Part shown: one piece after another, positions 11,761-26,570 of the stretch
Position numbering within the stretch: position 1 is the first letter of the stretch
Layout: each line of letters begins with the position of its first letter
Assembly (NCBI GenBank): GCA_976551045.1
Contig: CDPCPM010000050.1
Span: forward strand, 10,664,001-10,728,000
From: Glaucostegus cemiculus
Taxonomy: Eukaryota
DNA length: 64,000 nt
Reading direction: 5' to 3'
Notes under the pieces: generated by a model
Told to the model about the DNA's origin: nothing
Databases searched by the model: none
Seen by the model: only the letters and a program-made list of their open reading frames with translations
Made by a program: the position numbers and the translations under genes

Positions 11761-14700
11761 TCATATATTCCTCTTTGTTTCATTTTAATGCATTGGTGAG
11801 TTTAATCAACATTTCTTATGGTTTGGGAACAAAATCCTCTTCAACTGATCTTGGATTTGATGCTAGTGCTTTCTATTCCTACTGTTTTAGTTTCTGTTTG
11901 GAAGTAGTTGCTATATTCTTACAGAAAGTTTTGAGACGAGGAAGATTGGTGGGAGTGCATTGATCTTAATTTTCACATCCTGTGTTCTATGTTTAAACCT
12001 TTACTTCCATTAATAAATTATACTGGGCTACTGGGGGACATATATATTTATATACATTAGTCTCCAGAATTTCTCACATACGTGGAATGGTGCTCACATT
12101 AAACTGAAAATTGGGGAGAACAGATGGGGGATTTGGATTTGCTTCAGAATTACATAGAAACAAATATCGCCATCACAAAACACCTACAAATATCAGAGGT
12201 GGATGTGAAAATGTGATTACATTTTTCCGACTATATCAATCCCATTCTCAGGAATATATTCAAACCAGAATTTTTGGTGACAACATCTGCCCCTCCCTCA
12301 TTTACTTATGCTTTATTCGCATTTAAGAAAAAAAGAAGCTGATTCTGGGAGCATAAGATGGAGCTGCAGATGGACCTTGAATTGTGGAAGTTGCATTTCT
12401 TCATTCTTTTTCAAGCAAGTAAAGAAATTTCTGATTTCTGTAGGTGGAAAATGTGGATGTTGATGTCAAAGTCACTGATCATCGTATTGTAGTGATGGTT
12501 AAGGGAACCAAAACTCAAGAGAGGGGGTCTGAATTCTGGGCGACAGGATTAAATACCATAAGGCAACACCGTGTTGATGATGATGTGCTGTAAAGGTGTG
12601 TGTATACTCCCTCCTTCTAGTTTGTCCAAAACAGAGGCAAGTTTGATAAACATAAAGATATAGTTCGATCCATGTGTTGGAACCACTACAGGGTTTATTC
12701 TTTGTGTAGACTTTGTGTGGGATACCATAGGATCAACAGATACTCTCTATTCATGGGATATCAGACTAGAGATTATATATCTTTCCCAGCATATTCTCCT
12801 GCAATCTCTGAATGGTCGGCCACATATATTGTGGCCATGTGATCAGGCTAAAACTTATAATTGAGATTATTTACCAGATATGATTCTGAAGTTGGTCACA
12901 AGCACAATATTTGAAACTAACAACTAAAATTGTTTTAATAATGGAAAAGCAGCTATTTGCTACAATTTTTGACTGAGCTTCTAATGAATGTTTTGTGCAG
13001 GACTGGCCTCAGTTTTAATAGTAAAATTGGTCTGAGCATAAACAATCTCAGCCTTTGGGCCAGATGGGGCAGGTTAACAATACCTTGAAATTATCTGACT
13101 GAAAAGCAGGAATACTGCACACTGGCAATCAATTCTCAGGCATAAACTAAATCTTACATTTGTATTTCAAGTGATATTTCCCATGTATGAAATATTGAAA
13201 GCTTTTTATTCTCTTAGTTACTTGTCCACCCTTTATGCAAGTTCTGCCTATCCCCATTTATACTGAATTTCAGCAGAACTGTGTTGCTTTGTGGTTAGAT
13301 TTTCCCAAGTCTTTACCAGTACTGCTCTTTAAATGGTCACAATGAAGGAAGTGACAAAGGCTCAGAGCTGATTAATCCTCCAGCTTCCTTCCTGCCTTGA
13401 AAGGGATCTACTGTTCCTTGCAACTCTTTGAGGCACCAGCAAAAACCACACATTCACTTAATGACACACTTCATTGCTACCACAATCACCATATTTGTAG
13501 TTTTTTTTCAAAGTGCATTTTAACCGGATTCTGCTCAATTAAGCATTAGCTCAGAATTTTATTAAAATTACATAAATGCAAGCATTCGAAATAATCTCAT
13601 TTCCCACCACGATTACATTGAAATTTTAATTCCATTTATTCTTGTTCTCTCGCTTTTCTTACCTTCTATTTGGTTTTATGTTTGAAGCCAAAATGCACTG
13701 TAAAAAGGGAACAAAATATGTCTGTCTTATTTCAGAAATTCCAGCCTGCTATGATTTTTTTATTTCTGTCCACTATGTGCCAAATAAAACAAAGCAAAAC
13801 TTGTGGCAATATCTGTGGTTTTGTTTGGCTGACCCAACTGTGCTCAGGAGCAAAAAGTCCTTGCAGGAGAAATATTGGGGTGGAAACAGTTTAAAGAAAA
13901 AAATAAATTGAAGGCTTTTTGGAATGGAGACTGTGACATCAGATGGACTCAGATCTGCAAGAAGATAAGCCAACTAGTATAGGGACATGTATTTATTTTA
14001 TTAGATTAATGAAAAACTTGATCACATTATTTTCCAGATATAAATTGTTATTCCTTAGATCATTTTCCCTTGTCTGCCTAAATCTGTCGGCAGTGCCACC
14101 ATTTTAGAAGATCAACTACAAATTGTGCTGTAAACATTTCTGACAATCCAATAATGAATTCAACACAAAAGGCAAGTGATTGTCAGGCTGTATAACCTAT
14201 TGTCATATCCTATGAAAGTAGAAGGAATTTTGAGCTCAATCTTCAAATGGAAAACTCCATATTGAAAATGAAAGTTCCAACGTGAACTAAATTATATTTC
14301 TTTAGAAGATCATTTGTCTATTTATTTTATGAATAATCTGGAAATATAGGCCTGGGAATTGGTTTAGTAGAAATTTATACAATTTTGAGACATGCATTTG
14401 AAAATTTCTCAGCAATTATGCAAGTAAGAATTATCGTTTTAGTTTTGCAATCTATATTGGGTGCCCTAAGTATAATAAATGCTAAAAATGTGATTTTTTT
14501 TCACATCAAATGTCTAAAACTGATATGTTGTGATTGGAGATAATTTTGGAGCACCTTTTGCAGAAGGTAGATTAGGAAAAAATCTTTTAATTTTTCACAT
14601 TTAAATCATGAGGCCACAGATGCTGTCACACATTTAATAATAGTAATTCAATAACTAGGTTAGCTGAGACTTCAGTACAACTGCATGCTTTGTGGTTATA

Positions 14701-16585
14701 TTACTGTTCATTATGTAAAATCCAAAGAATACGTGACAATGTTAACTGCCATGAAAGTTTAATCTGATATAATTTACACAATTGTATAGTGTTAATCTAC
14801 TTTTTAGGACAAAAGTGTAGACATTACAACAATAAAAGGTATTTACATTATAAATTCCATTTAAAAAAATTAACTGAAGTACACACTTTTGTTACAACAG
14901 GTGGAATTCTGCATCTTGGACAAAATACTGTCTGACTGGTATTGTTACAAAATTGTGCAGCTTATTTTGGATGAAACATTTTGGAGTAAGTTAATTCTTA
15001 TGTTCCACCCAATTTTCTCCAGGCTAGGACAGGATTTCAAAGGTAGTAACAAGCCTCTAGACCTTCACTTAAATAGTCTCACAAGCTGGCAAGCCAACTC
15101 TCCTTGAAGGTATTAGAAGAGAACCTGATCCTACTGCCACTGGTATCTCCACATGCATGATTCTGCGGCTGGCACTCAGTAGTGACTGTGCATGCAAGTC
15201 CCAGATGATTCTTATTCTCCCTAGTTCAGCAGTGATTGTGATAATCAAAGAGGAATCCCACAAAACTGAGGGATTTAAACTGTGCATAATGTTGCTCCCC
15301 AGTTATTCAAAGAATAGTAACATTGTGTTTGGTATAAAATTACTATGGCACCTAATTATATCAGTTTTCCAAGGTTTCAGTGGGTCAAAATTGCATTTGA
15401 ACAGCCCATTTTAATGCTTCCCATCCTGGCCATGCTGGGTTTATTCAATTTTTGGATGACCAGAAATGAGACTTCATTACGTTGTGTAGTCTAGCATGAT
15501 ATCAATCAGCTATTGCACAATATCATTGAACAATCTTGAAGGATAAGTAACCTTTACAGCCAATTAATATTCAAATCTGATTGTTCTTGTAATAGAATAA
15601 ATCTGATCCTTGCAGGTCTCATTAGAATAGGTTACAATTCATGTTTCATCACCAGTGTATTTAACAAGTAGAGCTGATCTTATTACCCACAAAAGTGGAC
15701 TACTGGTCAAAAGCCTGAAAAGAAGATCAAAGTACCATTGTGACAGTGTTCATCAAGACTGCTATCTGCTGCCAAACTGTAGCAAATGTGCAATGTACAG
15801 TAACATACATTTAGCATAATGCAAATCACATTATATTGCGCCTCATTTTTCTTACATTTGAACCAATAATTCCTTTCATATTAGCACAAAGGAAGCATTT
15901 CTTCATTACCCATCTCAAGGAACAGATATTAATAGAAATTTGTGTGCAAACTGAAAGGGACAATAGCTGTTTATTCATCTCCCACAGAAAGGAATGTTCA
16001 CATTTCGAGTAGAAAGTGGATTACTCTTTAGCGGTCTCGTCCACATTTCACCAGATAATCAAAAGACAGTATTCCGAAATGAAAGAAGCCATGGAAAACA
16101 TTGTCAGGAATTTGCATTTGGATTGAAAACTATTTTGCAATACTCTACATTATTTTGTACTCTGCTCAACAAAACACCCACTCAGCTCTGGTCTGAATTG
16201 AGTCATGTGCTCGTGATTAGCTCTTTATCAATAATATCCTAATCTTGATGCAAAAGCTGGACATGAGTGCACGCTGTCACTGAGTTTTCAAGCAACCTAG
16301 AAACCCCATGAACCCGTGTTCACTCAGCCTGCTAGTCCCTGCAATAAAGAAAAACGATAATGTCTCTCTCCCTTAAGTAAAGCACACTATAACATCCACA
16401 CACTGCAATTAGCAGCAAATTAACTGGCATTGATCACATTGCACTGCCTGCAATGAACAGAGACCAGAAAGTTCACAGTAACTTTGATGTTAACTCTAGG
16501 CAAACCAGACCAGTCCAGACAGCCCTAAACTCTGGAATTCTCTCTATAAAACTTGCTGTTGATCTCCCTTTCCTCCATTTATCGA

Positions 16586-16832
16586 GGAACAGTGGCACAG
16601 CAGGTAATGCTACTGCCTTGCTACTCCACCAACCCAAGTTCAATCCTAAACTCTGGTGCTGTGTGGAGTTACTGGTTGCTATAAGCTGCCCCTACTGTGT
16701 AAGTAGATGGTAGGCACAATCAGAGTGGAGTCAATGGGCATTTGTGAGAGAATATATTGCAGTTGGGGAAATGTGATTGATGGGAATGCTCTGAGAGCTG
16801 GCATAGACCCAATGGGCCAAATGTCCTCCTTC
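16586..16832 (+). mobile_element. tRNA-derived SINE (V-SINE/HE1-like), internally deleted
   Basis: agtggcacagcaggtaatgctactgcc...aagttcaatcc (A/B boxes); CR1-like tail gctggcatagacccaatgggccaaatgtcctcct. Confidence 0.7.
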
Positions 16833-17089
16833 AAAGTCATGAGAAAATATCAGACTCAAATTATATGAGAATGTGCATCTTGAAACCAAATGAAGTGCTC
16901 CAATATCTCATAATGTAGCTTGGAGTGAATTTTGGTTTGATAATGCAACCCTGAGCTGCCTTGAGACATTGTGTTGCACTTTATAAATAAAACTTATTAT
17001 CTTGGTTACATCTGTGGAATGCCAAGTGCGCCCAATTTTACCTGAAGGCAAAAGATTCCAGTATACAATGCTGCCTGCAACTGAAAGAA

Positions 17090-17205
17090 TTTTTATTTAT
17101 TTATTTTTTTTATTTATAACGTGGTAACAGGCCCTTTCGGCCCTCCGAGTCCACGCCGCCCATTTTTAACCCCCCAATTAACCTACCCGTACATCTTTTC
17201 AGAAT
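17090..17205 (-). mobile_element. Young SINE 3' tail fragment
   Basis: (tttat)n followed by gtaacaggccctttcggccctccgagtccacgccgccc...aattaacctacccgtacatctt; CpGs are still intact. Confidence 0.6.
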
Positions 17206-18368
17206 CTTTTTTAAACAATTGACAGCAAACCGCGACCAGGACAGAATAAACTTTCATATTTTCATTTGGGAGCTCCACTGCAGCTTTTCTCTAAGATTGT
17301 TAAGGCACTTTTTTCAAGAATATCAAAAAGCAATACAAAGCATAAATTCTTCAACTTTTCCTTTTATTACTTAAAGATAATAAGCCAACCTATCTTCCAT
17401 ACATTGAGCAAGAGGGCCCAAGACACATATAGTTAGAAATAAAAATATTCCTTAAGTTTCCAAGAGTTACCATATTCTGGATGCTAAAACCCATTTCACT
17501 TTTTGGTTTATTTTGTCTTCAAAATCCAAAAATGCTCTTCTGAACTTTCTCAAGTCCTGGAGAACTGCACACTATTCATATTTAGAGAGAAAATCTGAAT
17601 AAAAACCTGGTTAATTTTGCTAATGCCAAGTATTGGTACTGAGACCTTTCTAACTCTTCAATGTATTCACTTCCATCTTAAACAGGTGGGCAGTAAATGT
17701 GAAAGTTTGCTCTCCCATATTACTAGAAAAGATTATTTATTCATGCAATTGTGGTTTTTAGGCATGTGTGTAACTAGTTTCATTGGTTAACAAAAACATG
17801 TTTTCCTGAAACCAATCCAAAAAAAACTGTACCATCTCTGTAAAACTCTGCTCCCAAAATCTTTCAGTGGAAATGATTTCTTAGTGGAAGAGCCAAGAGT
17901 TTCCACAAGTTCTTGGCCCTATCTGTAAAAAATCTTCAAACTAAACAATTGAAGCTTAAAGATAAACAATTGTTTTCTACAATATATAAAGCTACAAATG
18001 TAACTGTGACATATAACAGAATATTCTTCATCCTCTGAAACAGATAAATAAAGGGATATAGATCTATCCGCCTGCAAAGGCAATCATAAGGAATGCGCCT
18101 CTGGAACAAATACTAAAAGCTTCTTTGCTAATTTCAACAGCAGAAATACAAACCCTACCCCAGAACCTCATTTGAAAATGCTAGCTCAACATAAGCATCA
18201 CAACAGGACACCTGCTTGTTGGACAAACGAGAAAGACTTTAATTCTGATGGTGCTTCAAAGAAAGGCTAAATCAGAGACCATGCCGAAATGGAGAAATGT
18301 TTTACTCAGGTTAATAAAGATACCATCAATGAGTTAGGCTGTGAGGAGAAATTTCATGTTATGCTACA

Positions 18369-18655
18369 ACATAGAAGGAGGCTGATGATTTCCTCAAGCC
18401 TAGCTGAATCTCAGATCATTCCTATCAGTCCTATTTTCCCCACTTATTCCCTCTCACATGCCCATCTCCTGCCATCCATCTACACAAGAGACAGTTTACA
18501 GTACCCAGTTAACCTACCCATACATCTTTGGGATTTGGGAAGAAGCCAGAGGATTCAGGGGAAACCCATGCAGTCACAGAGAGAAGGTGCAAACTCCATC
18601 TGGATCACTGGAGCTCTGAGGCAGAAGCACTACCTACTGTGCCAGAATGCCACCC
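18369..18655 (-). mobile_element. tRNA-derived SINE (V-SINE/HE1-like)
   Basis: ttaacctacccatacatctttgggatttgggaagaagccagagg...gaaacccatgcagtcacagagagaaggtgcaaactcc...gccaccc; homologous to 8271-8567. Confidence 0.75.
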
Positions 18656-18802
18656 TGGAGGATATAATAAGGTTTTGGTATGAGGAATTTCAGATTCAAG
18701 ACCTACAATGGTTGAAATTTCTGCCAAGTTGAGAGGTAAAACCCAAGAGAGTACGTAATATCAGAATCCCATACACCAGAGTACAGAAGAGGTTCAGGGG
18801 CG

Positions 18803-19293
18803 GAAGAGATTTATCAGGATGCTGCCTGAAGTAGAGGGCACATGCTATAAGGAGTAGTTGGACAAACTAGGGTTGTTTTTCATGGAGTGGCAGAGGCTGA
18901 GGGGAAGCCTGATAGAAGTTCATAAAATTATGAGAGGCATAGAAAGAGTAGACAGCTGGTATCTTTTTCCCAGAGTTGAAATGTCAGATACTTGAGAGCA
19001 TGAATTTAAGGTGAGAGGGGGAAGGTTCAAAGGATATATGCAGAACAAGTTTTTTTTACCCATATAGTGGTGGGTGCCTGGAATGCACTGCCAGAGTTGG
19101 TGGTGGAGGCAGATACAATAGAGGCATTTCAGAGGCTCTTGGATAGGCAAATGAATATGCAGAGAATGGAGGGATATGGATGGTGTGTAGGCAGAAGTGA
19201 TTAGTATAATTAGGTATCTATAGTTTAATTAGTTCAGCACAACATTGTGGACCAAGTAGCCCATTCCTGTGCTGTACTGTTCTATACTCTATG
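18803..19293 (+). mobile_element. CR1-clade LINE 3' end (ORF2 C-terminus and 3'UTR)
   Basis: RFIRMLPEVEGTCYKE*LDKLGLFFMEWQRLRGSLIEVHKIMRGIERVD (CR1 motif RRLRGDLIEVYKIM); ends in the tandem tail ctgtactgttctatactctatg. Confidence 0.85.
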
Positions 19294-19310
19294 CATTTCT
19301 GGCATCAAAT

Positions 19311-21425
19311 TTTGGCCATTCAGCCCATCATATCTGTGCCATCCTAAAAAGGAGATACTTGTGCAAATCCCATTTGTGATCTTTAGCCTTGAAGATTACA
19401 ACTTTTCCTGCACTCTTCCAAAACTTTTTAAGTGTGTTGAAAGCTTCTAGCTCCATCACTCTCAGGCAGTGAGATGCAGATCCTCAATGTGCTTTGCATC
19501 TATTTTCTTTTCTTCAAATTTTCTTTAATCCTTTTACCCATTAACTTAAATTATTCCCCCAAGCTACTGACTGGCAGAGACTATGTCCTTCCTATTCATT
19601 CTTTCTTTGCCTCTCATAACTCTATACACCTAAATTACATCTTCCCTCAAACTCCTTTGCTCCAAAGAAAGTAACACAAACGTAGCCAGTCTTCTTTTTT
19701 CTTAACTATAATTTTCCAATCTTCTGCAGCCTCTTCAATCTTATCATCTTTTTCCTGCTGAGTAGCACCCAGGTAATGCTCCGGCTGTGGTCCAACTGGT
19801 GTTTTATTACCCCCTGAAAAAATTAACTCAAGTTAGTCAGAGGTGACCTTCTCTTGTCTAATTCCATTAATTATCTTTATCTAACTAATGCATCTCCAAG
19901 TGTTGATATTTGCTGCATCTCAGCTTTTTCCTCAATAATTTGCCTGCGGCAGCTTAACATTAGGACACCTGGCCTGTTGTTATGCAGCCAATCCTTTTCT
20001 GCCTTTTTAAGCAATGGTACCACATCAGTAGCCTTCCAACCCTCTGTCACCACACCAGTAACTAAAGAGGATTAAAACACAACACTCAGACCCTGCACTA
20101 TTTCCACTCTTTCTGCTTTTAACAGCCTGGGATGCATTTATGTGAGTGGGCTAATTTATCTACTTTTTACTGGATTTCTTACTCAGTCCTCTTTTTCCAT
20201 ATCTATCATTTCCAATATTCCACAATCTTCCTCCTTAACATCAATGTTTAAACCATTTTGCCTCTTTGATTCATCTAGAACAAAACCTAAACCTTTCACT
20301 TCCATACTCAGATCGCCATTTTGGTAACCTCAGGTAATATCATAGTGTTCTTAATTTTGCCAGACAATAATTTTTCATGCATCCTCTTTGTTTTCCTAAC
20401 TTCCTTTGTTAATTTTATTCCTTCCCCTTTGGCATTTCTCTAAACTTTCTGCAGTCTTGAGCTCCTGGTGAGCTCCTTGTATTATCCACAGTGTCCATAG
20501 GGGTTTAGACTGGCATCTTCCCTCTTTTCTACTTTCAGTATGATATTTGGACTGAACCCTCTCTGTCTCTGCTGTGAATGTTACCCATTGATTTGGCATT
20601 GATCTATCTTCAAGTGACTGTTTGTGGTCTATTTTTACAGAATAATATCTCAGTTGAGTAAAATTGGCTTTACCACAACTTAGAAGTTTTAGTCTGCTCT
20701 ATTTTTGTCCTTCTCAAAAATATTTTGAAATGTAATTCAGTTAAGATGGTTGCTTCAAATACTCTTACACTGCAATCTGTTCCACTTCCCCAGATCCATT
20801 CTCCAAAACTAAATCCATTGCCATCCCCTCCCTTCTTGGGGTTGATGTATACTGAGTATATATACTATTCTCTTGAATGTTTTTTGTGAGCTTGACTCCT
20901 GTTACAGTATATCTTTTTATCCTGTTGCTCTCCCAGTTAATGTCAGGAAGCAAATATATGAATTAGTAACAGAAGTTGTACATTCAGCCCTGTGAACCTG
21001 CTCCACTTTTGAGATATCCCCTGGTACTCTTGCCTTATTAATTTCCCATTCCTCAGTGACTTGCTTACATATTTGCTCTTGTCTGCCTCTAACTATCCTG
21101 CAGTCAATGAAACACACCCAGCGATGTGATTGGCCTGTCTTCATTCTTAAACCCATGTGACCTGCTTTGTTGATCTTGTTATATTATCCCTCAGCTGTAA
21201 TTATTGGCTAAACCAATATTGCTGCACACACTCTTTTATTTCCCCATCCCTCTTCTCTACCTCATTCAATAACTGTGTAACCAGGAATGTTGAGCTACCA
21301 TTCCTGATCATTACTGAGTCATGTTTCAGTAACGACTACAATTTTACACTTCCACACATCTCTCTGTCCTTTCAGTTCATTGCCTTTGTTTCTTAGATTT
21401 ATTGCTTTAAAGAATATACGATCAA
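19311..21425 (-). mobile_element. Old, heavily deleted CR1 LINE (3' tail to APE endonuclease region)
   Basis: Tail ggccattcagcccatcatatctgtgcc at 19313; minus-strand peptides KIVVVTET and PDINWE...PRREGMAMDLVLEN are CR1 endonuclease motifs. Confidence 0.65.
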
Positions 21426-22739
21426 GCCCTTGCCAAGAACTTTGGAAGGTGAGATCGGTGGCACAGAAATAGAAGGGATTCAGACATTGGGTGGAACATC
21501 CATTAACGGGGCTGTAGGCTACAAAAGTAGGCAAGGACTGAGGTGATAGATGAGCCTGCCCTGTTGCAGAACAGTTGACAGAACTAATGTGCTCAAAACA
21601 ATAATTGTTCAAGGAGCTCTAAAAATCAGTTTAATTCAAACTGCCACCCATAACTTGAGACTTAGTTTAGGTATTCCAATGGGTGGGGAAAATAACAGAG
21701 CTAATGATAACTCTGAGAAAGATAGACACTAAATACAATGTCATGTATCTCCTGTTGGTCAACACAACTTTTGTGTATTGGTCCTAATACTCTCTTCTAA
21801 CTCTAAACATTTTGTGTCAATCACAAGTTCTGTATCCTGATTGATTAGAACAGATGTGAACATGAAACATTTGTTGAGAATTAAAGAGATCTGTAACTGA
21901 ATTTATTCAGTCTAAACGGAAAATATAACTTCTGATTAACTGGCTGCATATTCTTAAGATGGGTTTTCTACCATGATTGGAAGAGAGCTGATATTTGATG
22001 AAGGAAGAATGCATGATGACACCTTTGACCTGACTAAATATCTAAAATTTGTTAAGGTTTTAATCTTCCAGCTATCCAATTTTCAAAAGTGTCCTTGTTT
22101 TATATTTGCAGTTATGGAATAATAGATAAATGTAAAAAAGATAAAGTCAAATAATAAATACAAAGCTGCAAACATTGTAAAATTTTACGTCTATCTTCAA
22201 TGAGAAGTAAAGTTTAGCAGCGAATAAAACACATGGTTATTTTGATCCTTTCAGCTTCCAAACATGTGGGTTAAGTTAAAATTATTCCTCTATTGTAGCT
22301 AGATAGCCTTTTAATATTACAGAATACTGACTGGGGATTATACATAGCATTGAATACAAATCAATAGAGCTGGGCACAGTTCAAAACAATATCAAGGATT
22401 GAAATATCTATGCATACATTTATCATTTTACACAAAGGCTTTCGTGGTAAGTAACAATGATGGTGATTTTGAGCTCAGGCAGGCTGCATTAAAAAGACTA
22501 TTGGTGAAGCTCCTCTTAGTTTAAATTTCTCTTGAACATTGAACCAAATATATCACATGTAGGATCTAAGACAATGTTTTGTGGAAGCTTTAACTAATTT
22601 ACATATTATTGAAGGCTCAACAAAATATTCCCCTTCAGTTTGATTCAAATCAAGCACCTCATCTAAATGTATTGTAGAAAATGCAAGATTTAAGTAAATT
22701 AATTCATGTATGCAAATTCATGCATTATTGCACTTGAAA

Positions 22740-23280
22740 GATAATTCAAGGTATTCAATTTGGTAATTTGGACAAGAAGATAATTTCATAAACTAAATGG
22801 AACAAGTTCAAATGGAGTGCAAGGACAGAGAAACCTGTGCTAAATGGACACAATTTTTTAAGGTGGCAGGACCAATGAGAAGGCTATTCAAATTGAATAA
22901 TGGAGCCTTGGTTTCATAAATCGAAACAGGATATAAAGGTAAGGAAGTTCTCAACATTCACAAAATAATGATTAGGCCCCAACCTTGGTACCAGTGCAAT
23001 TTATCAAGTAGTTAAGGTCTTAGAAATGGAGCAAAGGAGACTTAATAGAATGAACCTGAATTTTAAAAAAAACTCTTATTACACTGAGGTCCCATAGAAA
23101 GTGTGGTCTTTCTTTTTAGAACAAAAAGAATAAGGGAAAATCTGAAAAAGGTGTTCAAAATCTTTCAATATTTTAATAAATTCAAAAGTAATTATTTTTA
23201 CTGGCAGATGGGTAAGTAACTAAAGAACACACATGCAATGTGAAAGGCAAAAAAACAGAGGCTCATGCAGATTTTTATCT
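22740..23280 (+). mobile_element. Degenerate CR1 reverse-transcriptase C-terminal fragment
   Basis: ttggtttcataaatcgaaacaggatataaaggtaaggaagttctc...aataatgattaggccccaacct is a decayed GFI.RGIEYKSKEV..LYK.LVRPQLEY segment. Confidence 0.55.
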
Positions 23281-25074
23281 AATTTGATGAATCATTATGA
23301 CTGGGCAATTATTAATCCTTATTGATAATGATGCTGATGAATCTGATATTTGTACAATATGTAACAATGAACTAGACAGCTCATCCAGTCCCCTTTCACC
23401 TGAAGTTGCTTCATTCCTAGAGCTTCCATCTGCAAACAAATCTGCACATCTTTAGTTTTAAATGGAAGTTCTACATTGAATGATGTGAATGAGGTGAAGG
23501 ACTGGTGGTGGAATTTTTTGTCAACTACGAAATCTTTGAGTTGAACTGTACCCAATCCAACTCTTATTCCATCCCTTGCCCTTCCAACTGGCTGTTTTTT
23601 TTTTCTGATTCAATTTGCTTATTTTCTCTAAAAACCTATATTCTTCACAAGAACTGCATATCAAGACGCTGAATTATGAACCCACTGATTTTTTTTTAAA
23701 TTTTTAGTTATACTGTTTCTGAAGATTGGTTACATTAATAAGATTCATTCTTCCTAATGCCATAGCATATCTAGCAGCTTCAATTTTGCTGAAATGATAT
23801 CAAAACGGTGCATGAAGACCCGAAAATAGAAACTTATCTCTTCTGCTGAAACAGTTTCTTCTTATGCAATTGAGTAGATTCTCCTCTTGGGTTACGGTCA
23901 ACAATTCCAGCCCAAATTGTGACCAAAGTTGCACCTATTTACTGAAGTGTTTCATCCCAAGTTTCCAGTCTAAAGTATTTTTTTTGTTGAATGCAAAATC
24001 TACCACTACAAGCAGAAACTCCATGCCATAATCTGTGTGTAAATGATAATTGAAATATACCAAAAAAATGAAAAAAAATCATATATTAGGTCTTAAACAC
24101 GTCAAATTAAAAGGGCAAAGATAAACATATTTTATTTCTTGAGTATTTTTGCATTGATTGATTGGAACTTGAATATTTGAAATTTATATCATTGGAGTGT
24201 TGGTTATACATATTACATCTCATCTTTCACTATAAAGAGTTTCTTGAAACATGCCAAATTGATGTCAGCCAGAACCAGGAAACGAACAAGTGATCCATGA
24301 AAAATCTGACTAGAGAAAAGCCCATCTGCTCCTTATATTTATATCCTTAGTCCCACAGAGACTCTTGTAACATTACTGTGATCTGTTTTCAGTCCTACTG
24401 CCAAACATTATTTTGTATTCATAAAACTGAACACTTCAGCTTAGGGCTTTAGAGAAAACGTCAGAATGTCAAGTCAATGGAGAGTCTTGGCAATCTAATT
24501 AATATTGACATTTATGCTTAAGTATTTTGTTGCATTTAACTGCTGGAGCATGTATTTCAATTTTACTTACTCCCAGAAGACTACGCAAAGTTAGTTCTAG
24601 TTTGGGAATTTTCACCATTATGTTAAGTGTAACATTAAATTTTATATTTTTTATTAGAAAACAAAACAGTATATTTGTGAACTTCACTGCTTTTAAAATC
24701 AATTTGCTCACTTGAAGGTTGTCATGTTGTGGTTTCAAAGATAGAGAAAAAATAATTACTGTAGATAGTACAAATTTCAAGATTAATTCTAAAGTAAGCA
24801 TTTAATATTCCCACCAATACAATATACACATGCAGTATTAAACAGGAAAGATACAAAGTTGAAGCCAGATTTAAATTGTAATGATGCACAGGTAAAGACA
24901 GAAATCTTTATTGCCCACATGTTTATGAATAATATCTGGAACAGAGACAAATTCTTTCATGTACTTCCTGCATAGTTTTCATGTACAGCTCAGTCGATGG
25001 AAATATTCTGGCATGGCTCTGGTATAAACTGATTTATGCATCATTTGCACAATTAAAACATCGAGAAAAGCTTC

Positions 25075-25215
25075 CATTCTGATGAACCAATTGCTCAACT
25101 GAAACATTACCTATGTTACATTCTTCACAGACATTGCCTTACCTGCTGAGTCTTTCCAGGATACCCTGTTTTTATTTAAGATTTCCAGCATCTGCAGTTT
25201 TTTCTTTGTTTGCTT
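25075..25215 (+). mobile_element. Penelope-type terminal repeat with hammerhead-like core letters
   Basis: CTGATGA at 25079 and GAAAC at 25101, followed by acagacattgccttacctgctgagtctttccagg...agatttccagcatctgcagtttttt. Confidence 0.65.
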
Positions 25216-25274
25216 TCAACTAAGTTTATATATTTGGTGCTAAGGGTATCATCTTTAAAAAATGCATTAATGGA

Positions 25275-26570
25275 ATGTGGGCATGACTTGAAGAGCTAGC
25301 ATTAATTGCCAGTCATTAATTTACCTTCTTTAACTGGTAGAATCCATGCAGTAATGGTGCTACCATAATGCTGTTGGGTAGAGATTTCGAGGAGATTGGA
25401 TCAGTGTTGAGTGAAAAGCAATGTATTTCTGAAAGAGGATAGTGTTTAACTTGCAATTAGAATTGCTAGAGGACCCATGCACCTGCTGTTTTCCTCCTTC
25501 GAGAGTTTGAACCCCTGTGTTTCGGAGATACTGCCAAACATTTGGCAAATTGCTGCATTGCATCATATAGTTGCACATGACAACCATGGTGCAATGAAGG
25601 GGTGGGACTTGATGGTTAAGGAGGTAGGCAGGGTGCCAAACAAAAGGGCTGCTTTATATTGGATACATTAAGCTCTTATGTAATGGTAGCAATTATCAAA
25701 GTATCCCATAACACTCTGTACTTCTGTCTGTAGGTACAAAAAATTTGGGAATGTGGAAATTTACCACAGAGTAACTAACTTCAGAGTTAGTCTTATAGCC
25801 AAAGAATTATTCTGCATAGTCGTATTAAGATTCTAGATGATACAGACTTCCCAAGATGACAAGGAACTTAGTGAGAGTGCTACCACTAATTATCAAGGGG
25901 AGATGACTAGACTTCCCCTTTGGTAGTGATCATTCTGTGGCAAATGCGTCACTTGAATATTGCTGTCATTTATCAGCTTATATTTGAATATTAGCCAGAA
26001 ACTGTTCCACGTGAGCATGAATTGCTTCATTACTTGTGCAGATTCAAAGAGATATGAGCACTATGCAATCATCAAGAAAGATCCTGCTTCTGACTTTATG
26101 ATGGAAATATGTTCCTTAATGAAGCAAATGAAAATGGTTTGTCCAGGAACCTGCCCTAAGATACTTCTGCTGGACTCTCCTGGGGTTGAAATATATTGCC
26201 TACAACAATCACAACAACTTCGTTTTGCTAATTATTATCCCAGACAGTCAAGAGTTTTCCACTTGTTTTCCATTAACTTTAATCTTGCTAGAGTTCCATG
26301 ATGCTACACATGCACACTTGCCTCAGCTCTGGAGTTCAGTTCTTCTATTCATGTTTGGACCAGAATTGTAATGATGTCTGGGGCTGATTATACTGAGTAA
26401 ATCCCTAACTGTGCATCAGTGAGCAGTTTATTGATGAGTTAGTGCTGCCTTAAAGCAACTGTCAATGACACCTTCCATCATTTTGCTGAGGATTAAGAAC
26501 AGACTGACGTTTACCCATCAACATCTGATCATTGATGCTTGATTTGAGTTCCACCAGGAGCATTTTTTTC
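25275..26570 (-). mobile_element. Ancient degenerate LINE (CR1/L2 group), 3' portion
   Basis: Starts tgtgggcatgacttgaagagctagcattaattgcc, resembling a common elasmobranch LINE tail; decayed reverse-transcriptase-like segments follow (e.g. gacaccttccatcattttgctgaggattaagaacagactga). Confidence 0.45.

Noticed and set aside
15050-15520. Possible LF-SINE-like ancient repeat
   Set aside because: The similarity is too faint to assign by eye.
18289-18732. 147-aa + strand ORF
   Set aside because: It is the antisense reading of a SINE; such ORFs are common annotation artefacts.
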